64,000 nt of DNA. Source: Eledone cirrhosa (lineage: Eukaryota). The number at the start of each line of letters is the position of its first letter. The stretch's first letter is position 1. Positions 38,842 through 53,560 of the stretch are shown piece by piece. The stretch is from positions 11,470,001 through 11,534,000 of the forward strand of contig OZ024759.1 of the NCBI GenBank assembly GCA_964016885.1. Reading direction: 5' to 3'. A model generated the notes under the pieces. It did no database searches, was not told the origin of the DNA, and worked only from the letters and a program-made list of their open reading frames with translations. A program made the translations under genes and the position numbers.

Positions 38842-39296
38842 CTGTAAAGTGGTCATTCTGGTGCCATGATAAAAATCCTCCAATCCACACAGTAATGTGG
38901 TTGGTGTTAGGAAGGGCATCCAGCTATAGAAACCAGCCAAAATACAGATCTATAGGAGCAAGACGTGGTCACCTGGTCTTGAATTGTCTCATAACATGAC
39001 ATAGCGTCTAACCCATGCAAGCATGGTAAAATGGATGTTAAATGATGATGATGATGATGATGATGATACATATATATCCATAGGTGAGAAAAAGGAAAAA
39101 GGAAAGACTGCTAAATCAGGAAGAGGGCAGAAATATTATATTATTTATGTTTATGTAGAGGACAAAGTGCTACCCAAGGTTATAACTCATTTAAACACCT
39201 GAAGATTAGGCCACAATTTTTATCCCTCCTCTTACATTCTGGAGATATGATCTATATTGGGCCTTGAAACCTTGCTAGTGGTTTGTTCCATGCTAT

Positions 39297-39297
<1 letters not shown>

Positions 39298-39328
<31 letters not shown>

Positions 39329-39625
39329 TTTACGTCCGCTTTTCCCTGCTTGCAAGGGTGGGACGGGTCTTATTCAGCACAGCATCTCTCCACTCGTCAC
39401 GGTCCCTCGTCATCTCCACCGTGAGCTTCAATGATCTGAGGTCTGTTCTCACCACCTCCGCCCATGTTTTTCGTGGTCTACCTCTACCACGTCTTCCTTC
39501 AACTGGCATTTCCTGGCACTTCTTCACCCATCGGTCATCCTCCATGCGCATCACATGTCCATACCACCTCAGTCTCCTCTCCCGTACACTACATTCTATC
39601 CCTCTCAGACACAGTTTCTCTCTCA
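39298..39625 (-). mobile_element. RTE 3' fragment abutting a + strand SINE A fragment (39626-39732)
   Basis: REKLCLRGIECSVRERRLRWYGHVMRMEDDRW...SREKRT*. Confidence 0.92.
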
Positions 39626-41519
39626 ATCCCGTCGAGGTTAACTTTACCTTTCATCCTTACGGGGTCAATAAAATAAAGTACCAGTAATGGACAGGGGTAA
39701 TTGCTGGCCTTGTGCCAAAAGTAGAATCAATTATATATCATCATCAACGTTTAACGTCCATGTTCCATGCTTGCATGGGTTTGGAAGGGGTATTTCCACT
39801 TGAGGCAAGATTAATTATCTTGCTCGCATAGGACTGTCTGGCAGGTTTTCTACAGTTGGATGCCCTTCCTAACACCAACCACATTTACTGTGTGGGGCTG
39901 GGAGGTTTTTACCGTGTTGCCTACACGGCCACATTACAGCGTGCGTGGACTGTGTGTTTTATTGTCGTGACACCTACACGATCTCATTTGTTTCGGCCTG
40001 GATGTTGTGGCACCAACATAAATATATATATATATATATATATATATTATGTATATAAATAAATTAATGGAGTCATAGATTCGCGTTAGTCTCTGTAAAT
40101 TATGTGCTCAATTCGTAGTTTATAGATTCCATACACTTGTGGTTTCCCTATATATGAAACCTTTGGTAATGGAATAATTATATTGTGTTGTTTATTAAAT
40201 AATTAAATAGCTCTGTACAATATATAGAGCACTCTTCTTTCCTTTCCCTTTTTCATGGAAATACTTAACACATATATAATTGTTATTATTATTTTTACTA
40301 TTACTACAAAATAGTAACACATTAAAAGGTTAGTGCCACTGAATGCTTCTGAACTAACAAAACTTTTCTGAGAGCACTTAAAAACAGATATAAAAACAAC
40401 ATATATAAAAAAACAACAACAGATATTAAAAACAAACAAATAAAAAACATATAAAACAACAACAGATATAAAACAAAACAGATATTAAAAACAAATGTAA
40501 AAAAAAAACAGATATAAAAAATAGCAATGTCATTGATTTAAAGCAGTTGTAGAAAAGCAAGTGATAAAATATGTAATAGGTTAAGCTATGATGCAACTGT
40601 AACGTCTGCAGAATAGCAGTGAGTAAATTTCTGTTGAATATTCAGTAATAATGTAATAAGTATAGTTGTAAAACTTCCATCTGCCATTCCTCACTGCAAC
40701 ACTCTGTATCGGAACTCATGTGAGAAGCCATTGTTAGTTTCAGTAGCTACTACACTGGGTACTAAAACAATGTGACACCCCACACACCCACTAAAATAAA
40801 TAGATACTCTCGGTCCTCGAATAATGCTCACTCCCCTAGCTTATTCATTTTTCAAACTCCTCACCCCCTGCTCTTGTTCCAACCCCTCTGCTTATTAAAT
40901 TTTATTTTAAGTGGTAGCATTCCTGCAACAATTAATTTTCTTCACACATTAAACATATTATAAATGACAAAAAAAGTACATTACTAGAAATTCCATAGGT
41001 TTTAAAGTAAATAGGATGTGTTGGGGTCTCAATATGTAAACTAAACAACTAATTCTGGTTTTTAAACAAACGATGAAGAAAACCTAGAAAAATTATCTAT
41101 CACCCCCGGCCCCCACTTATTCCAACTCCTTATTATTTGGACAAGGGTTGGCTGAAAGGTTTATATGACCCCTTCTAAGATAGAGAGGTATGACTGAAAA
41201 AGAGGATGATAAAATGATGGTGGTGTCTAACATGTCCTTTCTACGATAGACATGATACGAAGCCACAGAAGATACTGCCACCGAGTAATTGGATCACATT
41301 AAATAACTATCTACTGTAAATATACCCTCCCCCACCACACCACCACCTTTGTAATAGTTAATATACTCCCCCACCACACCACCACCTTTGTAATAGTTAA
41401 TATACTCCCCCACCACACCACCACCTCCACCTTATGTAGGTTATGCTCAACAGAATACTTAAATTATTTGACATATAAAGCATCTGATGAGTTTTATATG
41501 AAACTTATTTTCCATGAGG

Positions 41520-41946
<427 letters not shown>

Positions 41947-42020
41947 TTGGTGTTGGATCCTTAGAGCGTCCGTATGTAGTAGGCCATATGAGCACTTGAT
42001 GCCCTCATAGAGCAGAGTAT

Positions 42021-42374
42021 GATATCACAGAAAAAAGAGAATCAGTGTTGCGACGAAAGGAATTTATTGGACAGGACATATTACAATTGTTTCTTGGGCG
42101 ACCAGCTCCAGGCACGATCGATGTGATGGTCAAACCTGACTCTGAAATTGCGCGGTCCTCGGATACGTCTCAACTCTACGAAGCAGATTTTCCTATCGGA
42201 AAATATAAGAAAATCTGCTTCATAGAATCGAGACGTATCCGAGAACTGCGCGATTTCAGAGTCAGGTTTAACCGTCACATCGATCGTGCCTCGAGCTGGT
42301 TGCCCAAGAAACTATTGTAATATGTCCAATAAGTTCCTTTCGTTGCAACACTGATTCTCTGTTTTCTGTGATAT
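42021..42374. mobile_element. ~350-bp CpG-rich fold-back MITE-like palindrome
   Basis: Arms pair along the whole length (atcacagaaaa..agagaatcagtgttgc / gcaacactgattctct..ttttctgtgat). The ORF track gives similar peptides on both strands. Confidence 0.85.
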
Positions 42375-42452
42375 ATCTATATATCTATATATAATTGAGT
42401 AAAACGACAGGAAGCCGGACTGGTGAAATTCCTTCAAAGATTTATTATAGCC

Positions 42453-42512
42453 AACCCTATGTACATTTCAGTGACCAGGTTCCATAAGATCCTGTGACAT
42501 CATCAGGTGTTT
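42453..42512 (-). ncRNA. Minimal hammerhead motif, second family
   Basis: Reverse complement: aaacacCTGATGAtgtcacaggatcttatggaacctggtcactGAAAtgtacata gggtt, with palindromic stem III ATGTACAT. Confidence 0.6.
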
Positions 42513-42961
42513 ATTGCATAATAGTTATATAATAAAGGAATAATGGTAAACATTTTTGACTCGAAGGCAATCAAGAGGGCCAATTGTTGTCAGTTTGGCT
42601 GACCATATCATGGTTGACCATATCATGGTTGACTATACAAAATGGCCAGTTCTATCCAGTGGTGAACCATCAAACTTAAACATATATATTATCTAACCTG
42701 ATTGTATTTTCATGGTTTCAATGAATTATGTGGCTAGGGACCCTTACTGCAGTTTTCAATTTGTCACACTATTTAACGATATATCCTTATTGAGTGCTTT
42801 TGTGCAAATCTAATTGTATCTCGTTAGCTTGGCCACCTCCATAACTTCGATTTTACTAACCTTCCATTTGTATATATAAATATATATATGTCCAAACCCA
42901 TGCAAGCGTGTAATATGGATGTTAAACGATGATGATGATGATATATATATATATATATATA

Positions 42962-42989
<28 letters not shown>

Positions 42990-42993
<4 letters not shown>

Positions 42994-43525
42994 CAATATA
43001 GAGAGGAGAAAATACGGAAGAATGTGTTTTGAATTACACTAAAGTGAAAAACATAAAAACTACGAAAGGTATGGGAAATACATTATAATTAATGAGATAG
43101 ATTAAAATGAATTAACCCACCTTTATAACTATACAACACCTGTACAGACTCAGAGAGAATGCTTCACCATAAACAGTGTAAGAATCATATCATCTCAGGG
43201 ATCCTCAGCAGGTGTAAAGAAGTAATGTGCCACACATCTAACTAAATATCACATAACTGAATTGGCGCACGTGGTGAGAGAAGGGAAATACACACGCCAG
43301 ACAGTATTTAGTGGCATGGATGGATTAAAAAGGGGCTAGAAATGGCAGCCCATAACCAGTCAACTTAAACTGCTCAACAATCAGAGATTAGTAAAATATC
43401 AAACGAAATAATGACCTCAAGGGAAAATTACCGGGCTCTCCATAGTACAATGTAGAGAGAAGAAAGCAGAATTGAAGGAATTGAAAACACATTCTTTTGT
43501 GTTTTCTCCTCTCTATATTGTACGA
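42990..43525. mobile_element. Element with ~45-bp terminal inverted repeats (possible degenerate pLTR-type remnant)
   Basis: tacaatatagagaggagaaaatacggaagaatgtgtttt / aaaacacattcttttgtgttttctcctctctatattgta. Confidence 0.5.
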
Positions 43526-43695
43526 TGAAGAGCCCAGTAATTCTCCCTGGAGCTCATTAAATGCACACAGGCATCATACATCCAACTTTTCATTCATAGG
43601 AGGAAACCTTTTGTCTCAACAGAGGTATTAGTTTTCTGCTCTTGTTCCAGCCAGTCCTTATTCTAGCTACAATATTTTCAGAGGGACCTCTGTTG

Positions 43696-44930
43696 TTCTT
43701 ACATAAAATTATGGTGAAAAGGTTGTTAGATAAAAATAAACACTTTGGAACAAACAGTTATATATTGCAGAACCAGGGGTCTTTGGAACATAACTTAATA
43801 AAAGTTCTTACATAAAATTATGGTGAAAAGGTTGGTGGATAAAAATAAACACTTTGGAACAAACAGTTATATATTACAGAACCAGGGGTCTTTGGAACAT
43901 AACTTAAGAAAAGTTCTTACATAAAATTATGGTGAAAAGGTTGTTAGATAAAAATAAACACTTTGGAACAAACAGTTATATATTATAGAACCAGGGGTTT
44001 TTGGAACATATCTTAAGAAAAGTTCTTACATAAAATTATGGTGAAAAGGTTGTTAGATAAAAATAAACACTTTGGAACAAACAGTTATATATTACAGAAC
44101 CAGGGGTCTTTGGAACATAACTTAAGAAAAGTTCTTACATAAAATTATGGTGAAAAGGTTGTTAGATAAAAATAAACGCTTTGGAACAAACAGTTATATA
44201 TTACAGAACCAGGGGTCTTTGGAACATAACTTAAGAAAAGTTCTTACATAAAATTATGGTGAAAAGGTTGTTAGATAAAAATAAACACTTGGAACAAACA
44301 GTTATATATTGCAGAACCAGGGGTCTTTGGAACATAACTTAAGAAAAGTTCTTACATAAAATTATGGTGAAAAGGTTGTTAGATAAAAATAAACGCTTTG
44401 GAACAAACAGTTATATATTGCAGAACCAGGGGTCTTTGGAACATAACTTAAGAAAAGTTCTTACATAAAATTATGGTGAAAAGGTTGTTAGATAAAAATA
44501 AACGCTTTGGAACAAACAGTTATATATTACAGAACCAGGGGTCTTTGGAACATAACTTAAGAAAAGTTCTTACATAAAATTATGGTGAAAAGGTTGTTAG
44601 ATAAAAATAAACACTTTGGAACAAACAGTTATATATTGCAGAACCAGGGGTCTTTGGAACATAACTTAAGAAAAGTTCTTACATAAAATTATGGTGAAAA
44701 GGTTGTTAGATAAAAATAAACGCTTTGGAACAAACAGTTATATATTATAGAACCAGGGGTTTTTGGAACATAACTTAAGAAAGGTTCTTACATAAAATTA
44801 TGGTGAAAAGGTTGTTAGATAAAAATAAACACTTTGGAACAAACAGTTATATATTATAGAACCAGGGGTCTTTGGAACATAATTTAAGAAAAGTTCTTGC
44901 ACAAAATTATGATGGAAGGTTTTTAGATAC
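43696..44930. repeat. 109-bp satellite, ~11 copies
   Basis: ttcttacataaaattatggtgaaaagg recurs at 43696, 43805 and 43914. Confidence 0.97.
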
Positions 44931-45114
44931 ATAAACAATTTTGTATCGTAGAATGAGGAGTGGTTTCAGATATTTTGGTATAAATCATCATTTGAGGTGT
45001 TGTAACCCTGAAATCACTCACCTTGTGCTTAAATCAGAAATCATCATTGTCACTTGGATGATGTTTAAGACTTTTCTTACGCTTGCTAAAAAAAACAAAT
45101 TGCCACAGTCATCA

Positions 45115-45437
45115 TGGAGGCACATGGCTTAGTGGTTAGAGCATTGGCCTTGCAATCGAAAGGTTGCGAGTTCAATTCTCAGACCGGGTGATGTGTTGTT
45201 TCCTTGAGCAAGACTCTTTATTTCACATTGCTCCAGTTTACTCAGCTGTAGAAATGAGATGATAGGAACTGGGGTCCCTATCATTCCACTGCAAAGTGGT
45301 CGTGGAGGTGCCACAGCAAAAAAAAGCACCCAGCTCTCACTGTAAATGAGATTGGTGTTAGGAAGGGCATCCAGCTGTAGAAATCAAGCCAGAATCAGTT
45401 CCCATCCCACCCTTGCAAGCAGGGAAAAGTGGACATA
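45115..45437 (+). mobile_element. SINE family B
   Basis: Matches the family consensus. Confidence 0.85.
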
Positions 45438-45532
45438 AAAAAAAAATTTTTTTTAATTTCTAGGAAGTCACGGAAGGAATTATTAGAACATATTATTCTG
45501 CAGGACAAGAAGAATTCAACAACAAATGATTA

Positions 45533-46120
45533 TAATTGTTTCTACTTTTGGCACTAGGCCAGCAATTACCCAGTACATTACTGGTACTTTATTTTATCGA
45601 CCCCGTAAGGATGAAAGGCAAAGTTAACCTCGGCCAGATTTGAACTGAGAACTCTCATAACTCTCCTGTGAAGCATGTTGTCTGACGCTCTACCGATTCT
45701 GCCAATCCACCACCCTTATAATAATAATAATAATAATAATAACAACAATAATAATAATAATAATAATTGTTTCTACTTTTGGCACAAGGCCAGCAATTAC
45801 CCCAGTGCATTACTGGTACTTTATTTTATCGACCCCGTAAGGATGAAAGGCAAAGTTAACATCGACGTATAATGGTTTCTTATATAGACACAAGGTCAGC
45901 AATTTTAGGGGAGGGGGAAAATCAATTAAATCGACTCCCAGTGTATTACTGGTACTTTATTTTATCGACTTCATGAGGATGAAAGGCAAAGCTGAGGTTA
46001 GCATTGCCTTCCATCCTTATGTTGGTCGATAAAATAAAGTACCAGTCATGCACTGGGGTGGATTCAATCAACTTTCCCCTCCCCCAAATTGCTGGCCTTG
46101 TGCCAAAAGTAGAAATATTA
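45533..46120. mobile_element. Cluster of family A SINE copies and fragments in both orientations
   Basis: Multiple tactggtactttattttatcgaccc cores. Confidence 0.8.
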
Positions 46121-46271
46121 TTATTATTATTTGTTGTTGAATTCTTCTTTTCCCGCAGAGAACATTTAATAACAAATAAAAAGAATATATTGATTCCGCC
46201 CCCCCCCCCCCCCACACACACACAAAATCTGTCTGTTTGTCACTGTTTGAAACATTGTGTCTAAATTTATA

Positions 46272-46279
<8 letters not shown>

Positions 46280-46317
<38 letters not shown>

Positions 46318-46620
46318 ATATGTGTGTGTATGTGTGTGTGTGTGTGTGTGTGTGTATACGTGTGTGTGTGTGTGTAGATATGTGTGTGTGTGTGTATATA
46401 CGTGTGTGTGTGTGTATAGACATACATATGTGTCTGTCTGTATAGACGTGTGTATATAGACATACATATGTGTGTGTGTGTATACATATATATGTGTGTG
46501 TATGTATGTGTGTGTGTGTGTATATATATATGTGTGTATATGTGTGTGTATATGTGTGTATATATATATGTGTGTGTGTAGATACATATATATATGTGTG
46601 TATATGTGTGTATATATATA

Positions 46621-46651
<31 letters not shown>

Positions 46652-46746
46652 GTGTGTGTGTAGATACATATATATATATATGTGTATGTGTGTCTATATA
46701 CATATATATATGTGTGTGTGTGTGTGTATACATATATGTATGTGTA

Positions 46747-46779
<33 letters not shown>

Positions 46780-46992
46780 GTATGTGTATATATATATATG
46801 TATGTGTATATATATATATATATGTATGTGTATATATATATAATATATGTATGAATGTATGTATATATAGAAGGAATTACTTTACAGTTAAATTTTTACC
46901 ATTTTGTGAGAGCTAGGGCATAAAATCCTTATAATATCTGCTGTGTGCTTTTCTATAGAGTATTAAGTCTTGCTGGTTTTAACTAGTAACAT

Positions 46993-47026
<34 letters not shown>

Positions 47027-47165
47027 TACACACACCTATATGTACACTCATACACGCACACATGCGCATACACACATAGAAAGATACACACACATAATTA
47101 TATATATAAATATACATGTTAGACACAAACATTCACAGACATATGTGCTTATATATATATATATA

Positions 47166-47196
<31 letters not shown>

Positions 47197-47225
47197 GCTT
47201 ATATATATATATATATATATATACG
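46280..47225. repeat. (CT)/(TG)/(TA) microsatellite field
   Basis: Direct reading. Confidence 0.95.
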
Positions 47226-47265
47226 ATATATTAACAAATGGAAACTATATTTATAAAACCATATT

Positions 47266-47330
47266 TATTTCATTATACATATTTCAAGGACACCAAGTTA
47301 AATTATGGTGTGCTTTCATCAGATAAAATA
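47266..47330 (-). ncRNA. Minimal hammerhead motif (pLTR family of the 1651, 8140 and 12020 copies)
   Basis: Reverse complement: tattttatCTGATGAaagcacaccataatttaacttggtgtccttGAAAtatgtata atgaaata. Confidence 0.7.
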
Positions 47331-47397
47331 TAATATAGAGTAGTTTTATAAATAAATATTGACATACCCTTAAAGAATGCAACCATTATATATATGC

Positions 47398-47428
<31 letters not shown>

Positions 47429-47451
47429 CTTATATATATATATATATACAC

Positions 47452-49185
47452 CACCTGGTCTGAGTGTGCTCTACCCACAATAACTCAATGAAAAAACTGC
47501 AACAACTCTGGGAAACTAAACCAGAACAACCTGCCATCCTCTACACACCATCATAAACTGCAAGCAGGGTACAAATTGTTGTCCTTAAATGCTCGCAGTT
47601 TATGCAACAAGATACATCTGTTTAACTCCTACATCAGAAGCATCGACCCTGACTTCATCACAGTCACGGAAACATGGGCATATTCCTTACTCTGTGATGG
47701 GGTACAACCAGCTCCGCAATTTTTTGGTAATCCTTTGCGTTGATTTGAACGAATCACAAAAGAAGTTTTTTTTTGTGACATACGTATGACCATGTCAACA
47801 CTTCTGCTTGGTGTTGTTTATCCCCCCCCCCAAAAAAAAAATACCATCAGGACACACAGCTTTGCTATATCCTCAGAGTTGCTGCCAAGAAAACAGCCAC
47901 TTATGTGTTTATTGCAGGTGACTTCAATCATCCTGAAATCGATTGGGAAACCTTTCGTTGGCCACAAAGTGCAAACGATTTCCTTGGGCTAGTGCTGGAC
48001 TCAAACTTGTCACAAGTAGCCACCTCTCCAACAAGAGGTGACAACACTTTGGACCTGATCTTCACCACTACTCCTGAAGTGGTTATCAGTTGTACTACTG
48101 AGGAACCTCTAGGCGACTCTGATCATGCTATGATCATTGCCAATCTGGCACTTGAGGGCAGCAACAAAAAACCAGAGCCATCTCCAATCTACTTGCTTTG
48201 ATTGGAAGAAAGCAGATTGGAACTTGTACTGCACTGAGCTACAGTGCCCAAACTGGCATGAGATGTATAACTCTGGAGATGTGAACACTATACTCCAGAG
48301 CATCCTGGACTCAATATGGATAGCGTGTGCAGCATCAGTGCCACGTAAGCAGAAAAAAACCACCCCAAAAGTGCAATCTGGGAAACTTCAGCGGTCCGAC
48401 TTGCCAGGAAAGAATGTCAGAATGCTGAACAGGAATATAAACTGCATAAATCAGATACCAACAGAAAAAAGCGGAATAAATCATCCAACCATTTCAAGCA
48501 AGTGACAAAAAACGCAGTGCTTGAATTTGAACAGTGCATAGCAACCAATCCTGACAGTAAGGTGTTCTGGAAATATGTACATTCAAAGCAGAGACCTCAC
48601 TCTCCAGTTGGTCCTCTTCGCAATCCCCACACAAGCCAGATCACTGACGATCCCAAAGAATGCGCAAAACTCATTGCTGAGTGCCATGCAAGCATTTTTA
48701 CTGTTGAAAACCAGAACGTACCATCTCCACCATCTCTAACATCAAATTCCATAACAACTATGGAATTTACACCTGCAATGCTGCGACATCACCTTAAGAA
48801 TAAGCGCAACTATGCCTCCCCTGGTCTTGATGGTGTTACATACCTGCTTCTCAAACGTGGCGGGTACTTCCTTTTGCACCAGCTTTCTTTCTTCTTTCAA
48901 TACTGTCTCAACAATGGTGCTACTCCGGAGCAGTGGAAAACTGCCAGTGTCATTCCCCTGTTCAAAAAGGGCAACTGCATGTCACCTGTCAACTATCGTC
49001 CAGTCAGTCTTACTAGCTGTATGGCCAAACTGATGGAATCCTGTGTCAGAGAAACACTTTGGAACTTCTGGAGCTCTCACAGCCTCATCCGGCCCTCGGA
49101 GTTTGGATTTATCCCTGACTCCAGCTGCTGTGATCAGCTTATCGAGTTTCTTGAGGACATCACCCGGATCACTGACAGCGGCTCA
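47452..49185 (+). pseudogene. Frameshifted CR1-clade LINE ORF2 (AP endonuclease plus N-terminal part of the reverse transcriptase), 3' truncated
   Basis: APE motifs SLNARSLCNK, FITVTETW, AGDFNHPEIDW, PTRGDNTLDLIF and GDSDH. RT motifs [36 protein letters not shown] and EFGF. Confidence 0.92.
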
Positions 49186-49202
49186 CATACAGAGACAGAC
49201 AG

Positions 49203-49233
<31 letters not shown>

Positions 49234-49234
49234 C

Positions 49235-49331
<97 letters not shown>

Positions 49332-49334
49332 CAT

Positions 49335-49421
<87 letters not shown>

Positions 49422-49422
49422 C

Positions 49423-49461
<39 letters not shown>

Positions 49462-49462
49462 C

Positions 49463-49493
<31 letters not shown>

Positions 49494-49576
49494 CATAAAC
49501 ACACACACACACACATATATGTACATACACACATATATATATACATACACACACACACACATATATATGTACACAT

Positions 49577-49619
<43 letters not shown>

Positions 49620-49802
49620 TATATGTACATACACACACATATATATATATACATAAACATACACACACACACACATATATATATACACACATGTATATAT
49701 ATACACACACACACATATATATATATATATACATACATACACACACACATATATATATATACATACACACACACATATATACATACACATATATATATAC
49801 AT

Positions 49803-49835
<33 letters not shown>

Positions 49836-50426
49836 CATATATATATACACACATACTCACATACAGAGAGACACACACATACACACACAAATATATATTT
49901 ATACACATACACAGAGAGACACACACATACACACACAAATATATATTTATACACATACACAGAGAGACACACACATACACACACAAATATATATTTATAC
50001 ACATACACAGAGAGACACACACATACACACACAAATATATATTTATACACATACACAGAGAGACACACACATACACACACAAATATATATTTATACACAT
50101 ACACAGAGAGACACACACATACACACACATAGATATATTTATACACATACACAGAGAGACACACACATACACACACAAATATATATTTATACACATACAC
50201 AGAGAGACACACACATACACACACAAATATATATTTATACACATACACAGAGAGACACACACATACACACACAAATATATATTTATACACATACACAGAG
50301 AGACACACACATACACACACAAATATATATTTATACACATACACAGAGAGACACACACATACACACACAAATATATATTTATACACATACACAGAGAAAC
50401 ACACACATACACACATAGATATAACA

Positions 50427-50473
<47 letters not shown>

Positions 50474-50580
50474 TATATATTTATACACATACACAGAGAG
50501 ACACACACATACACACACAAATATATATTTATACACATACACAGAGAGATACACACATACATACACACATAGATATAACA

Positions 50581-50621
<41 letters not shown>

Positions 50622-51085
50622 TGTCTGATATCTATAATTTATTGAAGGGAAAAATCAATTCTTCTTTCTTCCTTTCTTTCTAGGTTTTGTCTCTCTCTCT
50701 TTTATGTCATTTTCTGTGTTGTCTTTGATTAGATTAATTAATTAATTAAATCTCCCCCCCCCTCTCCTTTTTTTTCTCACTAATAACAATAACAATTATT
50801 TTGTATTTAAATGTTTCGAAAAAGAAATGTCTTTTGTAATTAATATTTTTATTGTGATTATATATATGTATATGTGTGTGCATAGGTATGTATGTGTGTG
50901 TGTGTATATATATATATATATGTGTGTATATATATGAATATATGTGCGTGTATATATATATATATATATATAGGTGTGTGTGTGTGTATGTATATGTGTA
51001 TATATATATATGTGTGTGTATATGTATGTGTATACATATGTGTGTGTGTATATGTATATATATATATGTGTGTGTATATATATAA

Positions 51086-51121
<36 letters not shown>

Positions 51122-51484
51122 ATATATGTATGTATATATATGTATGTGTGTGCATATATGTATATATATGTATGTGTGTGTATATATGTATATATATGTA
51201 TGTGTGTGTATATATGTATGTATATATATGTGTGTGTATATATGTATGTATATATATGTGTGTGTATATATGTATGTATATATATGTATGTGTGTGTATA
51301 TATGTATGTATATGTATGTGTGTGTATATATGTATATGTATGTGTGTATATATGTATGTATATATATGTATGTGTGTTTATATATGTATGTATATCTGTG
51401 TGTGTATATATGTATATGTATGTGTGTATATATGTATATGTATGTGTGTATGTATGCCTATATGTGTGTGTGTATATATATATG

Positions 51485-51541
<57 letters not shown>

Positions 51542-51628
51542 ATATATATATATGTATATATATGTGTGTGTGTATATATATATATGTATATATATGTGTG
51601 TATATATATATATGTATATATATATATG

Positions 51629-51659
<31 letters not shown>

Positions 51660-51685
51660 GCGTGTGTGTATATGTATATATATAT
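49186..51685. repeat. (CA)/(TA)/(TG) field including a 48-bp higher-order unit (49860-50570)
   Basis: acagagagacacacacatacacacacaaatatatatttatacacatac is repeated. Confidence 0.95.
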
Positions 51686-52291
51686 AAAATATTAAAAAAA
51701 TAATGAATAAAACAATGAAACAGTTCCTTATATTAAACAAAAAAAGTTCATTATTTAACGATCGTTTCTGGGATATATATGTGTTAGAATTGGCATGCAT
51801 ATTCAACAGATCTATGTACAAAATTATACAAACTATCAAAGAGAATATACATACCAACACATATATAAGCTGTCTTCAGAAATAAAATATGTATATTCTC
51901 TTTGATAGTTTGTATAATTTTGTACATAGATCTTTTGAATATGCATGCCAATTCTAACACATATATGTCCTAGAAACGATCTTTAAATAATTGTTTCTAC
52001 TTTTGGCACAAGGCCAGCAATTACCCAGTACATTACTGGTACTTTATTTTATCGACCCCGTAAGGATGAAAGGCAAAGTTAACCTCGGCGGGATTTGAAC
52101 TCAGAATGGCAAGGGCCGTAACTCTATACGTCAAAGTATGGCGTCCGACCCTCTACCGACGCTGCCAATCCACCGCCCTGGATTGGCAGCGTCGGTAGAG
52201 GGTCGTTAAACGATCGTTAAATAATGAACTTTTTTTGTTTAATATAAGGAACTGTTTCATTGTTTTATTCATTATTTTTTTAATATTTTAT
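51684..52291. mobile_element. Fold-back element (~170-bp arms) with a family A SINE (51987-52205, - strand) inserted in the right arm
   Basis: Near-perfect arms. aaacgatc(t/g)ttaaataat is duplicated on both sides of the SINE, as a target-site duplication would be. Confidence 0.8.
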
Positions 52292-52422
52292 CTTGACTCT
52301 GTATTCCGTTTATCTTTCACCGAAAGTGATTTTTCATTGCATCTCTTCTTTCCATGATATCCGGAATACATTGAGTTCTTCATACGGATTGGACACTACC
52401 GTAAACTCTTGGTAGATTTATC

Positions 52423-52467
<45 letters not shown>

Positions 52468-52516
52468 ATATATGTATGTATATGTGTGTATATATGTATA
52501 TATATGTGTGTGTGTG

Positions 52517-52560
<44 letters not shown>

Positions 52561-52891
52561 CGTGTGTGTGTGTGTATGTATATGTGTGTATATATGTATA
52601 TATATATATGTGTGTGTGTATGTATATGTATATATATATATATATATGTGTGCGTGTGTGTGTGTGTGTATGTATATGTGTGTATATATGTATATATATG
52701 TGTGTGTGTGTGTGTATGTATATGTATATATATATATATATATATGTGTGCGTGTGTGTGTGTATGTATATATATATATATATGTGCATGTATATATATA
52801 TAAGGTATGCAATGTATGTGCATATATAGAATGTATATAAGATATATATATATAAATATATTCTCTTTTCTCTTTTCCTTTTATTTCTCAG

Positions 52892-52906
52892 CCAGGAATT
52901 GGGAAG
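52892..52906 (+). CDS. Candidate 15-nt phase-1 microexon CCAGGAATTGGGAAG, (A)RNWE
   Basis: ttctcttttctcttttccttttatttctcAG | exon | GTaatt. Differs from the 25421 exon only by AGA>AGG and AAC>AAT, both synonymous in the phase-1 frame. Confidence 0.7.
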
Positions 52907-52934
52907 GTAATTATCATTTATTTATATTCAATGA

Positions 52935-53116
52935 TATTCACCATCATCACCACCATCATCATCACCATCACCATCACCATCACCACCATCACCATCACCA
53001 TCATCACGATCACCACCATCACCATCACCACCACCACCACCATCATCATCACCACCATCATCATCATCATCACCACCACCACCGACATCATCACCATCAC
53101 CATCACCATCACCACC

Positions 53117-53150
<34 letters not shown>

Positions 53151-53356
53151 TCACCACCATCATCATCGCGATCATCACCACCCTCATCACCATCACCATC
53201 ACCACCCTCATCACCATCACCATCACCACCCTCATCACCATCACCATCATCATCGCTATCATCATCACCATTATCATCGCTATCACCATCATCACCATCA
53301 CCACCATCATCACCATCGTCATCATCATCATCACCATCGTCATCATCATCATCACC

Positions 53357-53388
<32 letters not shown>

Positions 53389-53560
53389 CATCATTATCAT
53401 CATCACCATCACCATCACCACCACCACCACCCACCACCACCATCACCACCATCACCACCATCACCACCACCACCACCATCACCATCATCACCATCACCAC
53501 CACCATCACCACCATCACCACCATCACCACCACCATCACCATCATCACCATCATCATCGT
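52935..53560. repeat. (CAC/CAT)n tract (expanded - strand RTE/SINE tail)
   Basis: Ends in tttaacgtccatcttcca, the reverse complement of the RTE-type tail. Confidence 0.9.

Noticed and set aside
41484-41505. ctgatgag...gaaac as another hammerhead
   Set aside because: No convincing stem I, II or III.
50660-50690. Strong pyrimidine tract followed by tAG|GTtttg as a recursive splice site
   Set aside because: The regenerated donor gttttg is far from consensus and there is no other support.
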